Assembly: GCA_046075565.1 (NCBI GenBank)
Contig: JBJTQJ010000119.1
Coordinates: 41,377 to 105,376 of the forward strand
Source of the DNA: Verrucomicrobiales bacterium
GTDB lineage: Bacteria; Verrucomicrobiota; Verrucomicrobiia; Verrucomicrobiales; SLCJ01
Direction: 5' to 3'
DNA length: 64,000 nucleotides
A model generated the notes under the pieces. It was given only the letters and a program-made list of their open reading frames with translations. It did not search any database and was not told the DNA's origin. Below are positions 20,095 to 29,350 of this stretch, one piece after another (positions within the stretch are counted from its first letter, which is position 1; each line of letters starts with the position of its first letter). Made by a program: the position numbers and the translations under genes.

Positions 20095-20111
20095 GCCCAT
20101 CTAACAAATCC

Positions 20112-20675
20112 ATGCTTCTCGTCATCGACAACTACGATTCCTTCACCTACAACCTCGTCCAGTATTTCGGCGAGTTGGGGGCGGAGGTGGTCGTGCGCCG
20201 CAACGACGAGATCGACCTCGCCGGCATCCGCACCCTCGCGCCGGAACGCATCTGCGTTTCCCCCGGACCTTGCACGCCTAACGAAGCCGGGATCAGTTGT
20301 GAAGTCATCCGCGAATTCGGGCCGCGTTTGCCGGTGCTCGGTGTTTGCCTCGGCCACCAGGCCATCGGCCAGGTCTTCGGCGGTGACGTCGTGCGCGCCC
20401 CGCGTCTCATGCACGGTAAGACCTCGATGATCGAACACGACGGCAAGGGCGTCTTCGCCGGTCTCAGCAATCCCTTCCAGGCCACGCGCTACCACTCGCT
20501 CATCATCGATCCACCGAGTGTACCCGCCGACCTCGAAGTCTGCGCTTGGACCGCCGAAAAAGAAATCATGGGCGTGCGCCACCGCGTCCATCCCATCCAC
20601 GGCGTGCAATTCCACCCCGAAAGTATTCTGACGCTCGAAGGAAAGAAGATCCTGGCGAATTTCTTGGGGATGTGA
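20112..20675 (+). CDS. trpG: anthranilate synthase component II (glutamine amidotransferase)
   Basis: [33 protein letters not shown]. Confidence 0.94.
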   Translation: MLLVIDNYDSFTYNLVQYFGELGAEVVVRRNDEIDLAGIRTLAPERICVSPGPCTPNEAGISCEVIREFGPRLPVLGVCLGHQAIGQVFGGDVVRAPRLMHGKTSMIEHDGKGVFAGLSNPFQATRYHSLIIDPPSVPADLEVCAWTAEKEIMGVRHRVHPIHGVQFHPESILTLEGKKILANFLGM

Positions 20676-20760
20676 GCGAAGCTGTCCAAGGATAGCGGCG
20701 CGAAGCGAAAGGTGGCGTTGTTTTGAGAGGGGATGCCACCACCCGGAGGAGAGTCAGCGA

Positions 20761-20855
20761 CGGTCACAGACACGCCGCTACAGGATTGAAATGGGCTACC
20801 GCCGATGGGCCGCCCCTTGGCTATCTCTGGCACTGTAGCGGCGTGTCTGTGACCG
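20761..20855. repeat. inverted pair of GTAG-type REP-like units
   Basis: Perfect 23-bp inverted repeat CGGTCACAGACACGCCGCTACAG (20761-20783) / CTGTAGCGGCGTGTCTGTGACCG (20833-20855). Confidence 0.8.
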
Positions 20856-20903
20856 CCGGTAAATTCCGGAAGCAAGGTTGAGATTGACAACTCGTGGTCG
20901 ATC

Positions 20904-22046
20904 TTGTCACCTGTGGTCAGGGTGAGACCTTTCCTCTCCACAGGCCTTCTGCTTTTTCTGCTCGCCACCGCATTGTGCCGGGCGGATGGGAAGATGTATT
21001 CCAGAATCGATGAGCCGCCCGTTGGATTGCCCTACCAGCGCGCGGTCATCTTCCACAATGAGGGCAAACAAACCCTCTTCCTCCAGAGCATGCTAGCTCC
21101 CGGATTGGGGGCCATCGAATCCGAGGTCGCATGGGTGGTGCCGGTGCCCTCGATGCCCGAGGTCGGTATACTGCGGACCGATACGAGCGAATCCACGACA
21201 CGGTTTGTGTTCCGCCATCTCGCCCGAGTGAGCGGTCCGAAGGTGCACAAAGTGTCTTTCATCTTGCTCACGATCGTGTTTTGGGTCGCTTTCTCGGTCT
21301 GGACCTATCTCGTCTTCGATATTCTTCGCTTTCGTTATGGAGCACGCACCGGCTACAGCCGATTCTCCCCTAAGACGGAGTCGGTAATTCTTTAACTGTA
21401 TTTCTTTCTCCTGCCCTTAATCATCCTTATCGATTTCTCAAGATTCGGTGACGAGCCCCGTGGCTTGTCTGATCATGGGGTGCACAGCGTGGCTGATGGC
21501 CGGGTTGGTCGTATCGATTATAAGGTGGTGCTTCCGACGGATCCCGAAGCCTTGGAAAAATGGCTGAGGGAAAATGGTTATGGTTTCGCGGAAGGTGATC
21601 GGGTGCCCATTGCCGCCTACGTGAAGGCGGGCTGGCATTTCGTGGTTCTTCGCCTCAAGGTAGCAGTTGGGGAGAAGTTGGCTGCGCCGGATCCGATCCT
21701 CCTTCGTTTCGATGCCCCGAAGCCCATCTATCCACTTGCTCTCACCGCCACCGTCGGACAACCCGTGGAGGTGCTTCTCCATGTGTTTTCCTCCGGTCCA
21801 GTGGATGCGAGCAATGGCATGAAAATGCGTTTCTCAGGTAATGTAGCAAGAGCACTAACCGATCAGTGGTATGAATTCTACAATGCCGAGCCGGAGGGGT
21901 TCTTTCCCCTGACCTCATGGGAATTCCGCTTGCCCCACCTTACGACCTTCAAGGAAACCCTCACGCCCGAGCGCATGCGCGAGGACATCGTCTTCCGTCC
22001 GGCCCGCGATCCGACGCCCCTTCGCGAGGAGAGGTGGGAATGGTAG
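20904..22046 (+). pseudogene. DUF2330-like membrane protein interrupted by an in-frame TAA at 21393-21395
   Basis: ORFs 20904-21395 and 21465-22046 share a frame and the gap reads LYFFLLPLIILI... without stops; QRAVI, AWVVPVP, WL.ENGY, YV..GW.FV, P.YPL.L motifs; start codon uncertain. Confidence 0.7.
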
Positions 22047-22095
22047 GGCTGGCTCGTTTCGGCCTTGGGTGGAAGGACGTGGCAGCCCACCCACC

Positions 22096-22222
22096 CGGCA
22101 CGGGAAGCGTTGCCGCTACATTTCCGGCGTAGCGGAACGCCTTCGCGTTCCGATGGGGGAGGACGTCGCATCTGAAGAGAGGTGGAGCGTCGTTTGCCCG
22201 GCCCGGGAAGCCGTGCCGCTAC
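22096..22222. repeat. three 24-bp GTAGCGG REP-like hairpins in alternating orientation
   Basis: 22096-22119 (-), 22129-22152 (+), 22199-22222 (-); each is GTAGCGG-stem-loop-CCG. Confidence 0.75.
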
Positions 22223-22303
22223 TTGCCCGGAGTCTGCCCCTCGACGGCCAAAGAAAGAGATTCCCCTTCCCACACGCGGGCGTGCGGCGTAATGATGGCG
22301 CGA

Positions 22304-22639
22304 ATGACTTATTTCCAATACCATCTCGTTTTCAACCTTCCCGCGCTGCTGCTCCTGTTGTGGCTGAATCGCGGGCGGATGGGGGCGACGAAGTGGAAGT
22401 GGACCGGAGTCGTCGGGTTGATCGCCTTTCTTTTCACGACCCCTTGGGACAACTGGGCGGTGCATCAGGGCATGTGGGGATTCAATTGGGATGAGGTAGT
22501 GCCGATTTCCATTCCTGTACAAGGGGTGGTCTATCGCCTCCCGCTCGAGGAGTATGCCTTTTTCCTGATTGAAACCATCAATGTTTGTTTGCTGGTGAAT
22601 CTGTTTTTGCCGAAGCCTGTCGCCCCATCCCGAACCTGA
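22304..22639 (+). CDS. lycopene cyclase domain membrane protein (subunit 1)
   Basis: MTY, TTPWDNWAV..G.W.F, LPLEEYAFF. Confidence 0.85.
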   Translation: MTYFQYHLVFNLPALLLLLWLNRGRMGATKWKWTGVVGLIAFLFTTPWDNWAVHQGMWGFNWDEVVPISIPVQGVVYRLPLEEYAFFLIETINVCLLVNLFLPKPVAPSRT

Positions 22640-22645
22640 CCCGCC

Positions 22646-22975
22646 ATGTCGCCCTATCTTTCCCATCTGCTTGTCTGGTTCCTCCCGATCATTGCCATAC
22701 AATGGGCGGTTGGCTGGAAGATCTTCCGGGCCAACCTCCGGGCGATCTTTCTCCCGACCCTGATTGCCGGAACTTACTATTCGCTGAGCGACGTGGTTGC
22801 CATCAGCGAGGGCATCTGGTTTTTCGGGGACAATCAAATCCTCGGGGTGTATGTCGGGCCGGTGCCGATTGAGGAGATACTCTTCTTTTTCCTGACGGCA
22901 TTGTTGGTGGCGCAATCGTTCGTGCTTTTCCTGCCCGCGCGTCTGCGCCATGGTGGCGGCGAGAAGCCGACATGA
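22646..22975 (+). CDS. lycopene cyclase domain membrane protein (subunit 2)
   Basis: D..AI..GIW.F....ILG..VG.VPIEE.LFF. Confidence 0.85.
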   Translation: MSPYLSHLLVWFLPIIAIQWAVGWKIFRANLRAIFLPTLIAGTYYSLSDVVAISEGIWFFGDNQILGVYVGPVPIEEILFFFLTALLVAQSFVLFLPARLRHGGGEKPT

Positions 22976-23604
22976 ACCCAGACCCCGCCGCCGATTTTCC
23001 CGTTTTCCGCCGTGATGCCGATGCCGCCCCCGGATGGGAGCGTCTCAAGGTGGATGTCTCTTTGCAGACGCCTTTCCTGCAGGTCGAGCAGACCGAGATC
23101 CGCAGTCCGGCCCATCCTGAGGGTGGGGTTCATTGGACGATCGTGCGCCGGAAAAATGCCGTGGTCATCGCCCCGCGCCTGCCGGACGGGCGGTTCCTGC
23201 TCATCCACCAGGAGCGATATCCAATCCAGCGGACCTTATGGGAGTTCCCCGCCGGGCAAATCGACACCATCGAGCGGGGGGACGATCCGGAAGCCATCCG
23301 CGCCACGGTAGAGCGGGAGTTGGTGGAAGAAACCGGCCATGCCCTCGACCCGGTGCACGGGCGGCTGACCGCGCTCGGTTACTATTTTTCCTCCCAGGGA
23401 TTCACGGACGAACACGCCTATCTTTTCCTGGTCGAGGGACTGACCCCGGTGGCCTCGGGGCGCTTGGGGGAGGGCGACGAGGCCATCCATGAGGCACGGG
23501 CCTTCGGGATCGACGAAATCCGGGAAATGATTGCCGGGAATGTCATCCAGGACGCCAATACCCTTGCGACGTATGCCCGGTTGGCGGCCCGTGGCTTGAT
23601 TTGA
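22972..23604 (+). CDS. NUDIX hydrolase (ADP-ribose pyrophosphatase-like)
   Basis: Q.RYP, WEFPAG...RELVEETG Nudix box, S.GFTDE, I.DA.T. Confidence 0.88.
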   Translation: MNPDPAADFPVFRRDADAAPGWERLKVDVSLQTPFLQVEQTEIRSPAHPEGGVHWTIVRRKNAVVIAPRLPDGRFLLIHQERYPIQRTLWEFPAGQIDTIERGDDPEAIRATVERELVEETGHALDPVHGRLTALGYYFSSQGFTDEHAYLFLVEGLTPVASGRLGEGDEAIHEARAFGIDEIREMIAGNVIQDANTLATYARLAARGLI

Positions 23605-23655
23605 TGGACGTTGCATCGCGTCCGCATCCGCGTAGGTTTCCCGTTCTGCCGCCGC

Positions 23656-25179
23656 ATGTTCGTCCTCAAAAAGTTATTCCAAGCCCGCTCCAAGGTGGCC
23701 CGGAAACGGTCCAAATGGGACGACGTGGAAAAGCCCTTCCTCGATCACCTCGAGGATCTGCGGAAGATGCTGATGAAGGTGGCCATGACGCTGGCGATCA
23801 CGATGACGTTGTGTTTCGTCTTCGACAAAGAGCTGATGGAACTCGTGCGTTACCCGGTGAAAATGGCCGGGCTGGATTCGATGGATGGCAGCAAGCTCCC
23901 CGGAGAGATCTCCGAAGCCGACTGGGGCAAGATCAAGGACATGTCGCGCTCGTTGGCGACGCTCGATGAGAAAGCGAGGGAAAGTTATATCGCATGGGTG
24001 CCCGAGCCGTTGCGGGATGCCACCGTGGCCACGCATTATTTCCGCGCCGCCCTCACGTTGCCGCAGGAATCTCGGGCGGCATTTGTTACGGAGGTTTTGC
24101 CCGCTGGTCCGCGCCGTCAATTGGCCTTGTTTCTGGTGGAGAAAAACCCGGAGGCCCGCATCGACGAGGGCGGACAACTTCTGCGCATGACCGCACTCGG
24201 TCCGGCGGAAACCTTCACCCTCTCACTCAAGCTTTCCTTCTTCGCCGGCATCATCATCTCTTTTCCGCTCCTGCTATGGTTCATCGCGGAGTTCATCCTG
24301 CCGGGATTGACCAAACACGAACGCAAACTCGTGCTGCCCTCGGTGCTGGTCGGCTTTATCCTTTTCGGCATCGGTGTTTGTTTCGCCTACTTTGTCGTCA
24401 CACCGAAAGCCCTGCAGTTCTTCTACGAATACAGCCTCCGGCTCGGCGTGGTTTCCGATTGGCGCATCGGATACTTCGTTTCGTTTGTCACGCAGTTCAC
24501 GCTCATTTTCGGTCTCTGCTTCGAGCTGCCGGTGGTGGTCATGGCCTTGGTGAAACTCGGTTTGCTTTCCTATCCGACCATGAGCAGGACGCGGTCTTAT
24601 GCGATCGTCGCCATCTTCATCATCTCGGCCATCATTACCCCGACCACCGATGCCATCACGCTGCTGCTCTTGGCCGGACCGATGGTCTTCCTCTACGAGA
24701 TTTGTATCTGGTTGGCGTGGTTGATTGAACGCAAGGAGAGACGCGAGGCCGAGAAAGAGGACAAGGAATGGCAGGAACGCAGGCTGAAACCCGCGCTAGC
24801 GGTCGCCCCGGCCGCCGGAGCGGCTGCTGCCATTTCCGTGGATGACATTCCGGTGGAAGACCCGCCCCCTGGTCCCGAGGAACCATGGCATGACCCCTAC
24901 CTCGCGCCCGAGAGAGAATCCTGGCCAGATGATCCCGAGCGGCGCGACCATCAGACCTTCGATGGGCAGGACGACGAAGAGGTGGAGACTGGCGGGCCGG
25001 ACGCGGGAGCCGAGGATTTGCCGGTGGTTTCACCCGCTCCCGGGGCGGTGGCGCGCCCGGATTTCGACGAACTCCCCCTCGATTGGGGGCAGCCCGACGA
25101 CCCTGATGCCGATCGCGCCAACGAGGGGAAAACCGGAGAAAATCCCGGGAAGGACGAAAAAAATCTTCCGGAAGCATGA
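23656..25179 (+). CDS. tatC: twin-arginine translocase subunit TatC with large loop insertion and acidic tail
   Basis: PFLDHLEDLR, FILPGL...ER, FGLCFELP, AIITPTTD, P...LYEI. Confidence 0.92.
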   Translation: MFVLKKLFQARSKVARKRSKWDDVEKPFLDHLEDLRKMLMKVAMTLAITMTLCFVFDKELMELVRYPVKMAGLDSMDGSKLPGEISEADWGKIKDMSRSLATLDEKARESYIAWVPEPLRDATVATHYFRAALTLPQESRAAFVTEVLPAGPRRQLALFLVEKNPEARIDEGGQLLRMTALGPAETFTLSLKLSFFAGIIISFPLLLWFIAEFILPGLTKHERKLVLPSVLVGFILFGIGVCFAYFVVTPKALQFFYEYSLRLGVVSDWRIGYFVSFVTQFTLIFGLCFELPVVVMALVKLGLLSYPTMSRTRSYAIVAIFIISAIITPTTDAITLLLLAGPMVFLYEICIWLAWLIERKERREAEKEDKEWQERRLKPALAVAPAAGAAAAISVDDIPVEDPPPGPEEPWHDPYLAPERESWPDDPERRDHQTFDGQDDEEVETGGPDAGAEDLPVVSPAPGAVARPDFDELPLDWGQPDDPDADRANEGKTGENPGKDEKNLPEA

Positions 25180-25223
25180 AAATTCCGCTGGTCAATTCAC
25201 CCGGATTCGCGATAGGGAAGGCC

Positions 25224-25715
25224 ATGCGTTTTCCCTCGCTTCTGCTGCTCTCCACTTTCCTGGTTTTCCTGCCGTCCTGCGAGTCGGTGGACCCCCAGGT
25301 TGCCGCCCGCAATGCCCTCATCGCGGCCGAGCCGCGCGGAGACTATTACATCGGCCGACGCTACCATGTGGATACCACCCGGTTCTGGGGCTACGTGCGC
25401 GAACCGGGCCAACCGTGGTCCACGGCCCGATTGGTGATCATGAATGAATCTCGCAAAACCACACCCGATCGTCTGCCCGAGGAAGGGGATGGGATGCTGC
25501 ATGGTTTCGACAACAATCAGGAATACCGCATCCGCGGGCGCTACACCGGGCGCGGGTTCTACGATCCGAACAGCAACCTCACCCTCCCGGAGTTCATGCC
25601 CGTGAGCTTTGAACTCATCAATCCCAGCCCCGGTTTCCTTTTCAATCCCAAGGAACGCAGCGATCCCGGGGCCGTCTCCATCGTGCCACCGGGCGGAATC
25701 AAACAGTGGCCGTGA
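25224..25715 (+). CDS. hypothetical lipoprotein
   Basis: Hydrophobic signal with LPSC lipobox; alternative ATG at 25176 overlaps the tatC stop. Confidence 0.7.
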   Translation: MRFPSLLLLSTFLVFLPSCESVDPQVAARNALIAAEPRGDYYIGRRYHVDTTRFWGYVREPGQPWSTARLVIMNESRKTTPDRLPEEGDGMLHGFDNNQEYRIRGRYTGRGFYDPNSNLTLPEFMPVSFELINPSPGFLFNPKERSDPGAVSIVPPGGIKQWP

Positions 25716-25807
25716 GGAGGAGGGGAGGAGGTGGAAGAACGTTTTCGGGTGTCTGGGGCGATGGGTTCACTTCGGGAAACGTGATTGGCTCCTGGCTGCT
25801 CTTCCCC

Positions 25808-25996
25808 CACGGACGTTTGGGGACAAACGTCCCTGCCCTTGTCGTGTGGACGGTTGAGTCGATGGGCAATGGCGGATCGAACAGGTCAGACCGGGCCTAC
25901 TTCGCCAAGGTTTCGAAGGCTACAACGGTCTGACTACGGCCATGAAATATGATCGGCCCTTCGACTGGCAGGGACCGCTGTCCCCAGCGGTCCGTG
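25808..25996. repeat. inverted 30-bp REP-like pair enclosing a 53-bp GTAG hairpin
   Basis: 25808-25837 (-) and 25967-25996 (+) both GGCAGGGAC-N4-GTCCCC-N4'-GTCCGTG; inner element 25885-25937 nearly identical to 12840-12892. Confidence 0.8.
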
Positions 25997-26063
25997 TGAT
26001 CGTGAAGCCATTGCTGGCGTGATTGGCGCTTGCGCGACCCCTGCCAGCGCCGACATTTGCGGC

Positions 26064-26483
26064 ATGGCAATTGAAACTTCACTGATCCTATTTAAACCTG
26101 ATGCCGTCGAGAAAAAGCTCGTCGGGACTGTCCTCACACGCTTCGAATCAGCCGGCTTCCGCATCCGTGGCCTCAAGATGATGGGCCTGACTCCTGAACT
26201 GCTGGCAGAACACTATTCGCACATCGCCGACAAACCGTTTTTCCCGGAAATCGTCGAATTCATGAGCCGCACCCCGGTCGTTGCTCTCGCCCTCGAAGGC
26301 GACGACGTGATCGCCAAGGTGCGCGACCTGCTCGGCCCCACCGACTCGCGCAAGGCTGAGAAAGGCACCATCCGTGGCGATTTCGGCGAGGACATGATGG
26401 TCAATGTCTGCCATGCCTCCGACGGTCCCGAAGCGGCCGCCGCCGAACTCAAGCGGTTCTTCGGCGCCGGTGAGGTATTCTAA
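26064..26483 (+). CDS. ndk: nucleoside-diphosphate kinase
   Basis: KPDAV, HY..I.DKPFF, GTIRGDFG, N.CHASD phospho-His motif. Confidence 0.97.
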   Translation: MAIETSLILFKPDAVEKKLVGTVLTRFESAGFRIRGLKMMGLTPELLAEHYSHIADKPFFPEIVEFMSRTPVVALALEGDDVIAKVRDLLGPTDSRKAEKGTIRGDFGEDMMVNVCHASDGPEAAAAELKRFFGAGEVF

Positions 26484-26539
26484 GATCTGCTTTTTCTTCC
26501 CTATCCCGAAAAGCTTTTCCGCCCGCGTCGTGGATCTCC

Positions 26540-26562
26540 CTCCCGGCGCGGGAGCATTTTTT
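26540..26562 (+). terminator. possible intrinsic terminator after ndk
   Basis: CTCCCG-GCG-CGGGAG hairpin followed by CATTTTTT. Confidence 0.45.
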
Positions 26563-26687
26563 GGGTGGCGGAGCGAAGCGGGAGACCGCGCTGACCGCCT
26601 GATGGATTGTCGCTTGTTGGAATGCCGGGGCGCTCGTAGGATCTGGGGCTCCGCGCGCCCGCGGGTCAAACCCGCCATCGCCGCCTC

Positions 26688-27899
26688 ATGGAGAACCCGA
26701 CTTCGGAAACCACCTCGACTGCCCTTGCGCGGCGGTTGAACTTATGGGCGGCAGTTTTGTTAGCGATCACCTTTTTGGCAGGATTCGGCAGCGGCGTGCG
26801 CAAATGGATGCAGGACCCCCCGAAGCCGGAGTGGTCCTACTACTCCAATTATGTCGTGAAGCCTCTGGAGGAAACGAATGGTCCGGAGAAAGCGATGTTC
26901 GGGTATTTTCCTGGTTGCCGGGCCATACTCACCATCTTCGTCCGCACCGAGCCGGTTGGATATTTTCTCTTCGCCGCCTTGAACGCTGCCTGCTGCGCCG
27001 GCGTGCTGCGAATGATTTATCTGCGCGAGTCGCGCGGGCGGGACGACCCCGCCGGCTTGCTCTGGCTCGGCATCGCGGCGGTCGTGCCGGTGCTCTTTGC
27101 TTTGCAGAACAATCAACTCGTCGCTCCCGCTGTTTACCTGAGCATGCTTGCCTTCACGCTCGCCGAGCGGGGAAAAGAGAAGACAGCCGGTCTGTGGTTC
27201 GCCCTCGGTGTTTTGCTCAAATCCTTGCCCCTTCCGATGCTGGCCTTTCCTTTGTTGATAGGGCGATGGAGGATGGTAGCGACCGCTTGCCTCGCCCTCG
27301 GATTGGGCAGCTTGGGTCTGGCGACATGGACTGATGGCTGGCAACAAAGCCTGAAACACCATCTCGCCTATCCTGCGCAGGTGCTGGCGCAGAGTCCATC
27401 CAAAGCGGCGGACCCGAGCGAGAAGGCCCCGAGGTCATTCCATCACAATCGCTCGCCGGGCGCTGAGCTGACCCGCTTGGCGCGGGCCACCGGGATCAAG
27501 GCTGTCGCCCTCTTGCATCCGGTTTTTGTGATCGGCACGCTGGCTTTTCTGGCATGGCTCACCGTGCGCGGCGGGACAAACGCGGCCTTTTTTTGGCCGA
27601 AATTGACGGCATGGTTCGCGTGGGTGGCGGCGGCGGCTCCGTTCGGTCGTTACTATTATCTGCTCTTCTTGCTGCCCGCGATGTTCTCGGCCGGATGGTT
27701 GGCGGTTGAGAAATCGGGAAGACACCGCAACCTATGTTTGGCTGGCTTGGCAATCGCAAGCGCCCTCACCTTGCTGACCCGTTCACCCAATCCCAGCTAC
27801 GCGCTGCTTTCCGTCTCGATGCTCGCTTTCAGTCTGACCCAGCTCGCCCGGATGGTGAAGTCCGAACCGAGGTCTGAAGCCGCGCTTGTCGGTGGTTGA
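26688..27899 (+). CDS. polytopic membrane protein, GT87/DUF2029 (GT-C) glycosyltransferase-like
   Basis: Many TM segments; FGYFP, ALQNNQ, AG...ALG..LK..P, HNRS, YY.L.LLP. Confidence 0.65.
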   Translation: MENPTSETTSTALARRLNLWAAVLLAITFLAGFGSGVRKWMQDPPKPEWSYYSNYVVKPLEETNGPEKAMFGYFPGCRAILTIFVRTEPVGYFLFAALNAACCAGVLRMIYLRESRGRDDPAGLLWLGIAAVVPVLFALQNNQLVAPAVYLSMLAFTLAERGKEKTAGLWFALGVLLKSLPLPMLAFPLLIGRWRMVATACLALGLGSLGLATWTDGWQQSLKHHLAYPAQVLAQSPSKAADPSEKAPRSFHHNRSPGAELTRLARATGIKAVALLHPVFVIGTLAFLAWLTVRGGTNAAFFWPKLTAWFAWVAAAAPFGRYYYLLFLLPAMFSAGWLAVEKSGRHRNLCLAGLAIASALTLLTRSPNPSYALLSVSMLAFSLTQLARMVKSEPRSEAALVGG

Positions 27900-27992
27900 G
27901 TCGGGATAAGGCCGGGCTCGAGAGACGATTGAAAATCCAGCATTGATCTTTTGCGTTCGAAGTGGCATAAACCGTTAATTCAAGATCTTCCT

Positions 27993-29252
27993 ATGTCACA
28001 CCGTTCCCGCTTTTCCCCTTGGATTGCGGTCGCCATGATGCTGCCATTGCCTGCCATCGCGCAGGAGGTTGCCGCGCAGGAAGCGCCCCCGGCGTCAACC
28101 TATGAGAATCTCGAAGTCCTTCCCGCCGAAAAGTTGATCCCCGCGCCTTTGCGATCAGGGGAAGGTTTTATCGTCGAGAATCCGGTTGCTACCGATGGGT
28201 ATTTCGGGATCTATCTGCTGCGCAGCCAGCATGGTGTCTTTGAATGCCACGGCAAAGAGATGCTGGAGATCCGTGTCGACGAGTTGCGCGCGATCCGTGA
28301 GATCGACGCCATCAACAAGGGCGACGCCTTTTTGAAAGCAGCCGGCGACGCCGTGGCCAAACCGGTCCAGGCGACGGCAAAGTTGGTGCGTGATCCGAAA
28401 GGCACCATCGAGAAGGTCCCGCACGGGGTCGCCTCGTTGTTCCAACGCGCCGGCAAAGGACTCGAAAAAGCGGGCAAGACCGTGGCCGGCGGGGTGGAAA
28501 ACCTCGGGCGACGTATGGAAGGCGAGGAAGGGGAACCGGGACCTCCGATCAACTGGCGGGAATGGACCCCCGGCTTCAGTAAAAACCGCAACAAATGGGC
28601 AAGCCAACTCCGCGTCGATCCTTACACCACCAATCCGGTATTGGCGGAGAAATTGGATCAGATCACCGCGGTCACTTTCAGCACGGATCTCGTCACGGGC
28701 ATTGGTGTGGGATTGGTGGCTCCGCCACTCGGGATGGTTGGCTCCGTGGACAAATATGTGCTCACCGAACAGCCGGAAAAAATCCGTGAACGCGTGGCGA
28801 AGAACTTGGCGGAACTCCAGATAAAGAAGGAGGAGGTGGAAACCTTCTTCACCAATGCTGCCTTTACGCCGACCCTGCAGGCGCGATTCGCGCAAGCCCT
28901 GACCTCATTGGCAGGCACGGCCAACCTCGATGCGGCCATGGGATTGGCAGCAGCGGTGCAATCCGAAACCCAGGCCCGTTTGCTGTGCGCCTCCCTGGAG
29001 TCGCTGGCCGCGAAACGCCCCGCTCCCGATGCCTATAAAAGCCTGGTTGCCATCGCTCCATTGCCTGCGGTCATCCGCGCGGATGGATCGTTGCTCGTGC
29101 CCGCGCCGCTGGATGTGCTGCCATGGACTGTGGCCACCGAAGCCTTCGTAAAACGTGCGGAAGCCTATCCCAAGCGCGTGCTTCTGCTTCCCAGCCAGAC
29201 CACCACCAGCGCCCGTCTGCATCTCGCCCAAATGGGTTGGACATTCGAGTGA
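27993..29252 (+). CDS. secreted hypothetical protein
   Basis: Long ORF with signal peptide (AIA-Q); 'L.VDPYTTNP.L' motif; no family recognised. Confidence 0.75.
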   Translation: MSHRSRFSPWIAVAMMLPLPAIAQEVAAQEAPPASTYENLEVLPAEKLIPAPLRSGEGFIVENPVATDGYFGIYLLRSQHGVFECHGKEMLEIRVDELRAIREIDAINKGDAFLKAAGDAVAKPVQATAKLVRDPKGTIEKVPHGVASLFQRAGKGLEKAGKTVAGGVENLGRRMEGEEGEPGPPINWREWTPGFSKNRNKWASQLRVDPYTTNPVLAEKLDQITAVTFSTDLVTGIGVGLVAPPLGMVGSVDKYVLTEQPEKIRERVAKNLAELQIKKEEVETFFTNAAFTPTLQARFAQALTSLAGTANLDAAMGLAAAVQSETQARLLCASLESLAAKRPAPDAYKSLVAIAPLPAVIRADGSLLVPAPLDVLPWTVATEAFVKRAEAYPKRVLLLPSQTTTSARLHLAQMGWTFE

Positions 29253-29350
29253 TCCTCTGCCGGGATTTGCATTGCCGCGCCGTCGGCGGGAGGTATGTTG
29301 GGTGGCCGAAGTCCTCTTCGCGGCCTCTAACATCCTGATTTCCGCTGTCT

